Shown here: positions 47,649 through 56,002 of the stretch, in pieces | Position numbering within the stretch: position 1 is the first letter of the stretch | Layout: every line of letters begins with the position of its first letter | Source of the DNA: Verrucomicrobiota bacterium | GTDB taxonomy: Bacteria; Verrucomicrobiota; Verrucomicrobiia; Limisphaerales; UBA11358 | Direction of reading: 5' to 3' | Length of the DNA: 64,000 nt | Assembly: GCA_050010675.1 (NCBI GenBank) | Contig: JBEKKN010000008.1 | Location: 1,757-65,756, forward strand | Translations under genes and position numbers: made by a program | Notes under the pieces: model-generated | The model's database searches: none | Seen by the model: the letters and a program-made list of their open reading frames with translations, nothing else | What the model was told of the DNA's origin: nothing

Positions 47649-48518
47649 ATGAACCGGGATTTTTTCCGTCGCCTTCGCACGCTGCTGATATTGGGGCGTG
47701 TCTCCAACCTGCCGACCGTCTGGTCTAATTGCCTGGCGGGCTGGTGGCTCGGTGGCGGCGAAAACTTTGCGAACCTGCCCTACCTGTTTTTTGGCGTCAG
47801 CGCGCTGTATGTCGGCGGCATGTATTTGAACGATGCGTTTGATGCGGATTTCGACCGCCAACACCGCCCGGAACGGCCGATTCCCTCCGGCGCGATTTCG
47901 CTGCCGGCGGTCTGGGGCTGGGGACTGGCGTGGCTGGGGCTGGGTGCGTTAAGCCTGATTTTTATCGGGAAAACCACGGGCGCGCTGGGGCTGGTGCTGA
48001 TTGCGTGCATCCTCCTTTATGACGCCACACACAAGGTCATCACCGCCTCGCCGTGGCTGATGGGGGCGTGCCGGTTCTGGATCTACGTCATTGCCGGCTC
48101 CGCCGCCGGCGGGGGTTTGAATGGCTGGCCGATCTGGTGCGGCGTGGCGCTGGCGGTTTACGTCGCCGGCCTGAGCCACATGGCGCGGCTGGAAAGTTCG
48201 CGCGCAACGATTCCCCGCTGGCCGTTCGCGCTGCTCGTCGCGCCGGTCTTCCTGGCCCTGCTGATGGATTCCGGCGATAACCGCGTTCCGGCCCTCTGGC
48301 TGTCGCTCATCCTGGTGCTGTGGATTGCGCGTTGCGTGCGCCCCATGTTTCAAGGAGGCCAGGTGAACGTGGGACGGATCGTTTCCGGCTTGCTCGCCGG
48401 AATCGTATTTGTGGACTGGCTGGCGGTCGCCCCGGGCGGTCCACCCGCGTTGAACGTGGTGTTTTTAATCCTGTTCGGCGCGACCCTGGGGTTGCAATGG
48501 TTCGTGCCAGCCACCTGA
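47649..48518 (+). CDS. UbiA-family prenyltransferase (EboC-like by context)
   Basis: NDAFDADFD (NDxxDxxxD) motif, about 8 TM segments, 22 nt downstream of the eboE-like gene. ATG 47649 (M5 of the track ORF). Confidence 0.75.
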   Translation: MNRDFFRRLRTLLILGRVSNLPTVWSNCLAGWWLGGGENFANLPYLFFGVSALYVGGMYLNDAFDADFDRQHRPERPIPSGAISLPAVWGWGLAWLGLGALSLIFIGKTTGALGLVLIACILLYDATHKVITASPWLMGACRFWIYVIAGSAAGGGLNGWPIWCGVALAVYVAGLSHMARLESSRATIPRWPFALLVAPVFLALLMDSGDNRVPALWLSLILVLWIARCVRPMFQGGQVNVGRIVSGLLAGIVFVDWLAVAPGGPPALNVVFLILFGATLGLQWFVPAT

Positions 48519-48541
48519 GACAGGGAAAAATTTGCTGTTTC

Positions 48542-48569
48542 AGCGTTTAGCCTTCAGCCTTTAGCCTTT
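48542..48569. repeat. tandem heptanucleotide array, 4 units (AGCGTTT AGCCTTC AGCCTTT AGCCTTT)
   Basis: Read directly in the spacer upstream of cysI. Confidence 0.7.
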
Positions 48570-48591
48570 CAAAAAGCTTCACAAGCCGCGC

Positions 48592-48620
48592 TTGAACCGG
48601 CAATCACCTTCGGTTATTCT
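48592..48620 (+). promoter_or_regulatory. candidate promoter TTGAAC-N17-TATTCT, 12 nt upstream of ATG 48633
   Basis: Read directly. Confidence 0.4.
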
Positions 48621-48632
48621 AGTGGTTCGTAT

Positions 48633-50297
48633 ATGAGTACCGAGGCTCCACGCGAGTTGACGCATAATGAAGAGATCAAGGAAGCGATTCCAACGCTCGC
48701 CGGCACCATCGCGTCCCGGCTGGCCGACCCGACCGCCGACTCGTTTTCGGGCGACGACAACCAGTTCCTCAAATTTCACGGCTGCTATCAACAGGACGAC
48801 CGCGATTTACGCTCGGGCGGCAAAAAATACATCATGATGATTCGCGGGCGGATTCCCGGCGGCGTGATGACCGCCAATCAGTGGTGCGTGTTCGACGAGC
48901 TCGCCTGGCTGTACGGCAACAACACGCTGCGCATCACGACCCGTCAGAGCATCCAGTTTCACGGCGTGGTGAAGGCGAACCTGCGCCTCGTGATCAAAAA
49001 AATCAACGAGTCACTGCTGTCCACGTTGTCTGCGTGCGGCGACGTGAACCGCAATGTTCTGGCCCCGCCGACGCCCGCCTACACCCAGGCACGCGATGAG
49101 GTCTATTGGGATTGCGTGCGGGTGGCGGATGCGCTCAAGCCGCAGACCCGCGCTTATTACGCCATCTGGATTGACGGCTACCAGCTCAAGATTGACGACC
49201 CGTTCAATCAAGCGTTCACCGACCCGCTTTACGGCAAAACTTATTTGCCGCGCAAATTCAAGGTCGCCTTTGCCATTCCACCGGTGAATGACCTGGACGT
49301 TTTCACCAACTGCCTCGGCTTCATTGCCATTGTGGAAAATGACCGGCTCATCGGCTACAACGTCACGGTCGGCGGCGGCATGGGTCGCACGCACGGAAAC
49401 CAGGAAACGTATCCGCGTCTGGCGAGCGAACTTGGTTTTTTGACGCCGGACAAATTGATTGATGTCGCCAAAGCCGTGCTGAGGATTCACCGCGATTTTG
49501 GCGATCGCACCGACCGCAAGCATGCGCGGTTCAAATATGTTGTCGAGGAACGCGGCGTGGATTGGACGCGCGCCGAAGTTGAGAAACGCGCCGGGGTCAA
49601 ATTCGCGCCGGCCAGGCCTTATAAATTCACAACCACCGCCGATTTGCTCGGCTGGCACAAGGCCGTGGACGGGAAAAACTTTTTCACCCTGTTCGTCGAA
49701 ACCGGCCGCGTGAAAAAAGAGAAAAAAATCGCGCTGCGCGAAATCGCGGAGACGTTTCCGCAAATCGAATTCCGCCTGACCACGAATCAAAATGTGATTC
49801 TGGCCAAGGTCGGGGAAAACGAGCAGGCGGGAATCAATTCCATTTTTGCGGCGCACGGAATTCCCGTGGAAAACCAGGCGAGCGTGCTGCATGCCGCCGC
49901 CATGGCGTGCCCCGCCATGCCCACTTGCGGTCTGGCCCTCGCCGAGAGCGAACGCATGTTGCCCGGACTCATTGACCGCATCGAAAAACTTTGCGGTGAT
50001 CTCGGATTGGGCGACGAGGAAATCATCATCCGCTCAACCGGTTGCCCGAACGGGTGCGCGCGTCCGTACATGGCGGAGATCGCGTTCGTCGGCAAGGCGC
50101 CCGGGCGTTATCAGCTCTGGCTCGGTGGCAACGTTTCCGGCACACGGCTCAACCGCGTGTGGAAGGAAACGGTCAAGGATCCGGACATTGAAAATGAACT
50201 GCGTCCGGTGCTCGCGCGTTACGCGAAGGAACGCCACCCCGGCGAACGCTTCGGCGACTGGTGCGACCGCGTCTTTCTAAACGAGAAGATGAATTAA
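48633..50297 (+). CDS. cysI: assimilatory sulfite reductase hemoprotein (sirohaem/4Fe-4S)
   Basis: FHGCYQQDDRD...; Cys cluster ACPAMPTCGLA...STGCPNGCARPY. Confidence 0.9.
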   Translation: MSTEAPRELTHNEEIKEAIPTLAGTIASRLADPTADSFSGDDNQFLKFHGCYQQDDRDLRSGGKKYIMMIRGRIPGGVMTANQWCVFDELAWLYGNNTLRITTRQSIQFHGVVKANLRLVIKKINESLLSTLSACGDVNRNVLAPPTPAYTQARDEVYWDCVRVADALKPQTRAYYAIWIDGYQLKIDDPFNQAFTDPLYGKTYLPRKFKVAFAIPPVNDLDVFTNCLGFIAIVENDRLIGYNVTVGGGMGRTHGNQETYPRLASELGFLTPDKLIDVAKAVLRIHRDFGDRTDRKHARFKYVVEERGVDWTRAEVEKRAGVKFAPARPYKFTTTADLLGWHKAVDGKNFFTLFVETGRVKKEKKIALREIAETFPQIEFRLTTNQNVILAKVGENEQAGINSIFAAHGIPVENQASVLHAAAMACPAMPTCGLALAESERMLPGLIDRIEKLCGDLGLGDEEIIIRSTGCPNGCARPYMAEIAFVGKAPGRYQLWLGGNVSGTRLNRVWKETVKDPDIENELRPVLARYAKERHPGERFGDWCDRVFLNEKMN

Positions 50298-50350
50298 CCA
50301 CCGGGAATCGAGGCACCCAGATTTCCCGCCGGGCAGCTTTGTTATTTCAA

Positions 50351-51013
50351 ATGACCTCCGATCAAATCATCAAAGCCAACGCCGGGTTGCGTGACCAATC
50401 GCCGCTCGAAATCGTCCGCTGGGCCGTCCAGCAGGCGAACGGGCGCGCCATTGTCTCGACGAATTTTCGGCCCTACGAAGCGGTGATTCTGCACCTGTGC
50501 GTGCAGGTGCAACCGGACATGCCGGTGCTGTGGGTGGACCACGGTTACAACCGGCCGGCAACCTACCAGCACGCGGAGGAGCTGAAGCATCAGCTCAAGT
50601 TGAATTTAAAGCCGTATCTGCCAAAAATTTCCGCGGCCCATCGCGACGCGATTTATGGCGGGATTCCGTCCACCGCTGACGAAGCCGGTTTGAAGCAATT
50701 CAGCGCCTTGATGAAGCTGGAGCCGTTCCAGCGCGGCATGAAGGAGCTGGCGCCAACGGTCTGGATCACCGCCCTGCGCAAGGTGCAAAATCCGAACCGC
50801 GCCGGGCTCGACATTGTTTCCGAGGACAAGAATTTTGGCGCACTGAAGGTCAGTCCGGTTTTCTATTGGAGCGATGCGGACATGGAGACCTACCTGAAGC
50901 AGCACCAGTTGCCGAACGAATGGGATTATTTTGATCCGGCGAAGGCCGACGACAAACGCGAGTGCGGCCTGCACGCGACCTGGGGTTCGCAAACGCTGGG
51001 CTCCGGCATCTAA
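50351..51013 (+). CDS. cysH: phosphoadenosine phosphosulfate reductase family protein
   Basis: SPLEIVRWA......IVSTNFRPYEAVILHL...; C-terminal KRECGLH motif. Start ATG 50351 (M31 of the track ORF). Confidence 0.85.
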   Translation: MTSDQIIKANAGLRDQSPLEIVRWAVQQANGRAIVSTNFRPYEAVILHLCVQVQPDMPVLWVDHGYNRPATYQHAEELKHQLKLNLKPYLPKISAAHRDAIYGGIPSTADEAGLKQFSALMKLEPFQRGMKELAPTVWITALRKVQNPNRAGLDIVSEDKNFGALKVSPVFYWSDADMETYLKQHQLPNEWDYFDPAKADDKRECGLHATWGSQTLGSGI

Positions 51014-51030
51014 AACAAAGACACAGGCCT

Positions 51031-51059
51031 GGACACGGATTACACGGATTTTCACGAAT
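51031..51059. repeat. left inverted-repeat arm of the GxxExxY module (CACGGAT x2 plus CACGAAT)
   Basis: 24/29 complementary (by hand) to 51440-51468. Confidence 0.75.
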
Positions 51060-51065
51060 TTTTTC

Positions 51066-51440
51066 ATGAGTGAACTGCTCTATCGCGAAGAGACGCGCCG
51101 GTTGATTGGCTTTTGCATGGAGATTCACCGCGAACTGGGCAAAGGACATGACGAAGTTATCTATAAGGACGCGTTGGTCGTGGAATTGAGCCGGGAGAAA
51201 ATTCCTTTCGCCCGCGAGAACAAATACGAAGTGAAATACAAAGGTGTGGTTCTTCCACATTCTTATCGCGCTGACTTCGTGGTCTCGGACAAAATTTTGT
51301 TCGAGGCAAAGGCAGTTGAGCAACTGACCGACGCGCACATCAAGCAGGTCTTAAACTATCTGGCCGCCTCGAAACTTCGACTGGGATTGCTTGTTAATTT
51401 CGGCGCGGATTCGCTAGAATGGAAGCGCGTCATTTTATGA
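51066..51440 (+). CDS. GxxExxY-family protein (PD-(D/E)XK-like small protein)
   Basis: MSELLYREETRRLIGFCMEIHRELGKGHDEVIYKDAL..EL......F..E....V.YKG...ADF.V...I..E.KAV. GHDEVIY is the GxxExxY motif. Confidence 0.8.
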   Translation: MSELLYREETRRLIGFCMEIHRELGKGHDEVIYKDALVVELSREKIPFARENKYEVKYKGVVLPHSYRADFVVSDKILFEAKAVEQLTDAHIKQVLNYLAASKLRLGLLVNFGADSLEWKRVIL

Positions 51441-51468
51441 ATCCGTGTCAATCCGTGAAATCAGTGTC
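51440..51468. repeat. right inverted-repeat arm of the GxxExxY module (ATCCGTG x2 plus ATCAGTG)
   Basis: Complement of 51031-51059. Ends 3 nt before the cysD ATG. Confidence 0.75.
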
Positions 51469-51471
51469 AAA

Positions 51472-52374
51472 ATGAACAGCTATCACCTGGACCATTTGCA
51501 GTACCTGGAAACGGAAGCGATCCACATCATGCGTGAGGTGGCGGCGGAATTTGAGCACCCGGCCCTGCTGTTCTCCGGTGGCAAGGATTCCATCTGCCTG
51601 CTGCGGCTGGCCGAAAAGGCGTTTCGTCCGTCGGACATTCCCATGCCGCTGCTCAACATTGACACCGGACATCATTTTCCCGAGCTGAATGAATTCCGTG
51701 ACCGGCGCGCCGGCGAGCTGGGCGCGAAGCTCATCGTCCGCAGGGTCGAGGACGCCATCACCAAGGGCATTGCCACGCCGAGGTCCGGTGAAATCAGCCG
51801 CAATCAGCTGCAGATTCCCACCCTGCTGGCGGCGATTGAGGAATTTCGCTTTGATTGCCTGATTGGCGGCGCGCGGCGCGACGAGGAAAAGGCCCGCGCC
51901 AAGGAACGGTTTTTCAGCTTCCGCGACGGTTTCGGCCAGTGGGACCCCAAAAACCAGCGGCCCGAAATCTGGAACCTGTACAACGCCCGCGTCAATCCTG
52001 GCGAACACATGCGCGTTTTCCCGTTGAGCAATTGGACGGAAATGGACGTGTGGGAATATATCAAACAGGAAAAACTTCAGGTGCCGACGATTTATTTCAG
52101 CCACACCCGAAAGTGCGTCCGCCGCAACGGCCAGTGGCTGCCCCTCACCGATCTGCTGCCAGCCAGGGACAAGGAGCCGGTGAAGGAACTGGTCGTGCGC
52201 GTCCGCACCATCGGTGACATCATCAGCACCGGCATGGTCGAGTCGCCGGCTGACTCCGTGGACGACATCCTTGCCGAAATCGCCGCCGCGCGCGTGACCG
52301 AGCGGGGCTCCCGCGCCGACGACAAGGCAAGCGAAGCGGCGATGGAAGACCGCAAGAAAGCCGGATATTTTTAA
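51472..52374 (+). CDS. cysD: sulfate adenylyltransferase subunit 2
   Basis: LDHLQYLETEAIHIMREVAAEFE.PALLFSGGKDS (PP-loop)...RVFPLSNWTE.DVW.YI. Confidence 0.95.
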   Translation: MNSYHLDHLQYLETEAIHIMREVAAEFEHPALLFSGGKDSICLLRLAEKAFRPSDIPMPLLNIDTGHHFPELNEFRDRRAGELGAKLIVRRVEDAITKGIATPRSGEISRNQLQIPTLLAAIEEFRFDCLIGGARRDEEKARAKERFFSFRDGFGQWDPKNQRPEIWNLYNARVNPGEHMRVFPLSNWTEMDVWEYIKQEKLQVPTIYFSHTRKCVRRNGQWLPLTDLLPARDKEPVKELVVRVRTIGDIISTGMVESPADSVDDILAEIAAARVTERGSRADDKASEAAMEDRKKAGYF

Positions 52375-52376
52375 TC

Positions 52377-52404
52377 GGAGATGGGAGTTCGAAGATGGAA
52401 GATC
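52377..52404. repeat. left heptamer-array arm of the four-helix-bundle module (GGAGATG GGAGTTC GAAGATG GAAGATC)
   Basis: The 13-nt core GGAGATGGGAGTT is perfectly complementary to 52794-52806. Starts 3 nt after the cysD stop. Confidence 0.8.
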
Positions 52405-52781
52405 GGAAAAACATGGCAACCCCAAAGACATTTGAAGATTTAGACGCTTGGAAGTCCGCACGCGATTTAACCAACGAAGCTTATCGTCTTGCGCGCCGCG
52501 AGCCAATGTCGCGGGTTTTTGGCCTTTGCGACCAGTTCAGACGTGCGGCGCTTTCAGTGATGAACAATATCGCTGAAGGTTGGGAAAGTCTTCATGTGGC
52601 GGAAAAAAAACAGTTTTACAATTGGTCACGCCGTTCCTGCGGAGAAGTCCGGTCCATGAGTTACGTCCTGCTCGACAACTTATTCATTACCTCCGAAGAG
52701 CAACAAGCCTTGCTAAAACTTTGCATTCGTGCTGGCAAACTCGTAAGCGGCCTGATTCGCTCGCTGGACAATCGCAACTAA
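52395..52781 (+). CDS. four-helix-bundle protein (23S rRNA intervening-sequence protein family)
   Basis: ...TFEDLDAWKSARDLTNEAYRL...CDQFRRAALSVMNNIAEGW......K.QFYNWSRRSCGEV, typical of this family. Alternative start at ATG 52413. Confidence 0.8.
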   Translation: MEDRKNMATPKTFEDLDAWKSARDLTNEAYRLARREPMSRVFGLCDQFRRAALSVMNNIAEGWESLHVAEKKQFYNWSRRSCGEVRSMSYVLLDNLFITSEEQQALLKLCIRAGKLVSGLIRSLDNRN

Positions 52782-52785
52782 ACCC

Positions 52786-52813
52786 AATCTCCAAACTCCC
52801 ATCTCCTATCTCC
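52786..52813. repeat. right heptamer-array arm of the four-helix-bundle module (AATCTCC AAACTCC CATCTCC TATCTCC)
   Basis: Inverse complement of 52377-52404. Ends 7 nt before the cysN ATG. Confidence 0.8.
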
Positions 52814-52820
52814 CGAGAAA

Positions 52821-54140
52821 ATGCCCCACACTCAACATCCCGTCGAAATCCTGCGCCTGAACACCTGTGGTTCGGTGGATGACGGCAAGTCCACGCTCAT
52901 TGGCCGGCTGCTTTACGATTCCAAAAATTTGATGGAGGACCAGCTGGAGGCGCTGGAACGTTCCGCCGACATCACGGGCGGCGGCCAGATCAACCTGGCG
53001 AACCTCACCGACGGTCTCCGCGCCGAGCGCGAACAGGGCATCACGATTGACGTGGCCTACCGTTATTTTGCCACGCCCAAGCGGAAGTTCATCGTCGCCG
53101 ACACGCCCGGCCACGTCCAATACACGCGCAACATGGTCACCGGCGCCTCGACCGCGAATCTGGCCATCGTGTTGGTGGATGCACGGCAGGGTGTGATCGA
53201 GCAAAGCCGCCGCCATACCTACATCGCCGCGCTCCTTGGCATTCCCCACCTCATCATCGCGGTGAACAAAATGGACCTGGTGGATTGGAGCGAGGACCGT
53301 TATTGGGAAATCCGCGATGAGTTCGAGGGTTTCCTGCCCAAACTGGACGTCTTTCGCGACGTGAAATTCATCCCCATCAGCGCGCTCAATGGCGACAACG
53401 TCGTGGACGCCTCGAAACACACGCCGTGGTTTGAAGGTCCCACGCTGCTCGCGCATCTCGAAAATGTCCATATCGCCAGCGACTGGAACCTGAACACCCT
53501 CCGGTTCCCGGTGCAATGGGTGAATCGTCCGAACACTCCGACCGACCCGAAGCTGCACGATTTCCGCGGCTTGAGCGGCCAGATCGCCAGCGGCATTGTG
53601 CGCAAAGGCCAGTCGGTGGTGGTGCTGCCCGCCGGCATCCGGACAACAATAAAGGACATCTGGACCTACGACGGCCCGCTGGCGGAGGCCTTTTGCCCGC
53701 AATCGGTGACGCTCTGCCTCGAACATGACATCGATGTCAGCCGCGGCGACATGATTGTGGGTCTGGAAAATCTGCCGGGTCAAAGCTCCGAATTGCACGC
53801 GCACGTCTGCTGGATGCACCAGCGGCCGCTGCAAGCCGGCAGGAAGTTTTTTCTCAAACACACCACGCAAACCGTGCAGGCCGTGGTTACCAAACTGGAA
53901 AGCCGCATCGACATGGCCACGTTCGAGCCGGAACCGGAACCGCCGGCGCTGGGCATCAACGACATCGGGGTTATTCGCCTGAAAATCTCCAAGCCCCTTG
54001 TGTATGACGGTTACAACACCAACCGGCTGACCGGCTCCTTCATTTTGATTGAGCAAGGCACGAACGCGACCGCCGCCGCCGGCATGTTGTCGCCACCCAC
54101 CGAACCCGTGAAGCCGGAGTACACCGATTTCGCGATTTGA
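52821..54140 (+). CDS. cysN: sulfate adenylyltransferase subunit 1 (GTPase; no APS-kinase domain)
   Basis: LRLNTCGSVDDGKSTLIGRLL (G1)...DTPGH...NKMD. Confidence 0.95.
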   Translation: MPHTQHPVEILRLNTCGSVDDGKSTLIGRLLYDSKNLMEDQLEALERSADITGGGQINLANLTDGLRAEREQGITIDVAYRYFATPKRKFIVADTPGHVQYTRNMVTGASTANLAIVLVDARQGVIEQSRRHTYIAALLGIPHLIIAVNKMDLVDWSEDRYWEIRDEFEGFLPKLDVFRDVKFIPISALNGDNVVDASKHTPWFEGPTLLAHLENVHIASDWNLNTLRFPVQWVNRPNTPTDPKLHDFRGLSGQIASGIVRKGQSVVVLPAGIRTTIKDIWTYDGPLAEAFCPQSVTLCLEHDIDVSRGDMIVGLENLPGQSSELHAHVCWMHQRPLQAGRKFFLKHTTQTVQAVVTKLESRIDMATFEPEPEPPALGINDIGVIRLKISKPLVYDGYNTNRLTGSFILIEQGTNATAAAGMLSPPTEPVKPEYTDFAI

Positions 54141-54307
54141 GTTCCGTTCAACGGCAAGGCAATGCTTGGGACGAACCGCCTGCGTGAACCGGGGATATGC
54201 CGGCAATATGTCCATCCCGGGAACCGACCCGCCAACGGAAAAGTTGAATTCAAAAAAACTTTGGATGCAAACCCGGGAATGATAGCTTCTGAAACCATTC
54301 ATCTTTT

Positions 54308-55948
54308 ATGATAAAAAAATCAAATTCATTCCGGCCGTCGCAAATCCTGGTAATCATGATGGTGGCCATGGCCGGCGCCGGTCTTCGGCCCGGACTTTCG
54401 GCGGCGGCGGAAGCATCGAATGACAACGGGTCAGGCGCGCGCGATCGGATCATCGCGGTGGATGTGAACCAAATCCAGGGGCCGCTGGACACGTCCTTCA
54501 AAGTCTGCGTCGGGGCCGGTCGCGCCAACGAGGGGCTGCGGGCGGACTGGCAGGAGCAGTTGCGCGTGGCGCGGCGCGAATGCGGCTTCCGATACATCCG
54601 CATGCACGGACTGCTCACGGATGACATGGGCGTTTACAAGGAGGACGCGCACGGCAACCCCATGTACAACTGGCAATACATCGACCGGCTTTACGATTTC
54701 CTCTTGAGCATAAACGTCAAACCCTTTGTCGAGCTTTCGTTCATGCCCAAGGATCTGGCCAGTGGCAGCCGGACCATTTTCTGGTGGAAGGGCAACGTCA
54801 CGCCGCCAAAATCGTATGACAAGTGGGCCGACCTGATCCGCCATCTGGCCGCCCACTTTCAGGAGCGCTACGGGCATGACGAGGTGAAAACCTGGTACTT
54901 TGAAGTTTGGAATGAACCCGATTTGCATGATGGTTTCTTTACCGGCACGCAGGAGGATTATTTCAAGCTGTATGCCGTCACGGCCAGGGCCATCAAAAGC
55001 GTCTCGTCGGATTATCGCGTGGGCGGTCCGGCCACGGCGATAGGCCAGTGGGACAAATCGTTTATTGATTTTTGTCACACCAACAACGTGCCGCTCGACT
55101 TCGTGTCCAGCCATGCTTATGGCGTCAGGAGTGGATATTTGGATGAAACCGGCCAACGCGGAACGGTAATTGATTCCGATCCCAATTCGGTCATTGGCCG
55201 GATGGTCGGCGAACGCAGGATGATTGACCAATCACCGACGCCCGGCCTGCCGTTGCATTTCACCGAGTGGAGTTCGGCCTACACGCCCACCGACTTCATG
55301 CACGACACCTACCAGCAGGCCGCGTTCATCCTGAGCAAGGTCAAAGGCGCCTATCAGTCCGTGGACTCGATGTCCTACTGGACGTTCACCGATATTTTCG
55401 AGGAGAACGGGCCACGGATGACTCCGTTCCACGGCGGTTTCGGGCTGATCAATTACGAGGATTTGAAAAAACCCGCGTTCTACGCGTTCAAGTTCCTGAA
55501 CGAACTGGGCGAGTCCGAACTTAACAATACCGATCCAGCTTCCTGGGCATGCATAAACCCGGACCATTCCGTCCAGGCGCTTTTTTGGAATTACACGCCC
55601 ATCGTCCCATCGGCGGGAGAAAACGACCAGCAGTTCTATCAACGGGAGATTCCGGCCAAGGAAAACGGCCGGGTCCAGCTGTGCATCACCAACCTGCCTG
55701 CCGGAAGTTATACCCTGGAGATTTACCAGACCGGCTACCGCGCCAACGATGTCTTCACGGGTTATCTGGATCTCGGGTCACCCTCGCAATTGACGCCGGC
55801 CCAGGTCGGGATTCTGCGCGAGCAAAGCAGCGGATCTCCGCAAACCGTCGAGACCATCCAGATTGAAGACGGCAAACCATTTGTCCGGACCTTCCCCATG
55901 CGGCAGAACGACGTCTATTTCGTCAAATTTCTGCCCGAGAAGTCATGA
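54308..55948 (+). CDS. secreted glycoside hydrolase family 39 (beta-xylosidase-like)
   Basis: FRYIRMHGLLTDDMGVY...FEVWNEPDL (acid/base)...LHFTEWSS (nucleophile). Confidence 0.8.
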   Translation: MIKKSNSFRPSQILVIMMVAMAGAGLRPGLSAAAEASNDNGSGARDRIIAVDVNQIQGPLDTSFKVCVGAGRANEGLRADWQEQLRVARRECGFRYIRMHGLLTDDMGVYKEDAHGNPMYNWQYIDRLYDFLLSINVKPFVELSFMPKDLASGSRTIFWWKGNVTPPKSYDKWADLIRHLAAHFQERYGHDEVKTWYFEVWNEPDLHDGFFTGTQEDYFKLYAVTARAIKSVSSDYRVGGPATAIGQWDKSFIDFCHTNNVPLDFVSSHAYGVRSGYLDETGQRGTVIDSDPNSVIGRMVGERRMIDQSPTPGLPLHFTEWSSAYTPTDFMHDTYQQAAFILSKVKGAYQSVDSMSYWTFTDIFEENGPRMTPFHGGFGLINYEDLKKPAFYAFKFLNELGESELNNTDPASWACINPDHSVQALFWNYTPIVPSAGENDQQFYQREIPAKENGRVQLCITNLPAGSYTLEIYQTGYRANDVFTGYLDLGSPSQLTPAQVGILREQSSGSPQTVETIQIEDGKPFVRTFPMRQNDVYFVKFLPEKS

Positions 55949-56002
55949 GCCGGTGAGAGCCGAAACACCCCGGCTTCGCGATTTGAGCGGCGGGCCCGGC
56001 GA

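Noticed and set aside
48515-48543. Hairpin CTGAGACAG-(11 nt)-CTGTTTCAG overlapping the UbiA-gene stop, considered as a terminator.
   Set aside because: It has a 9-bp stem with one G-U and a long loop, and only a weak T-run follows (cgTTTa). It is too weak to call.
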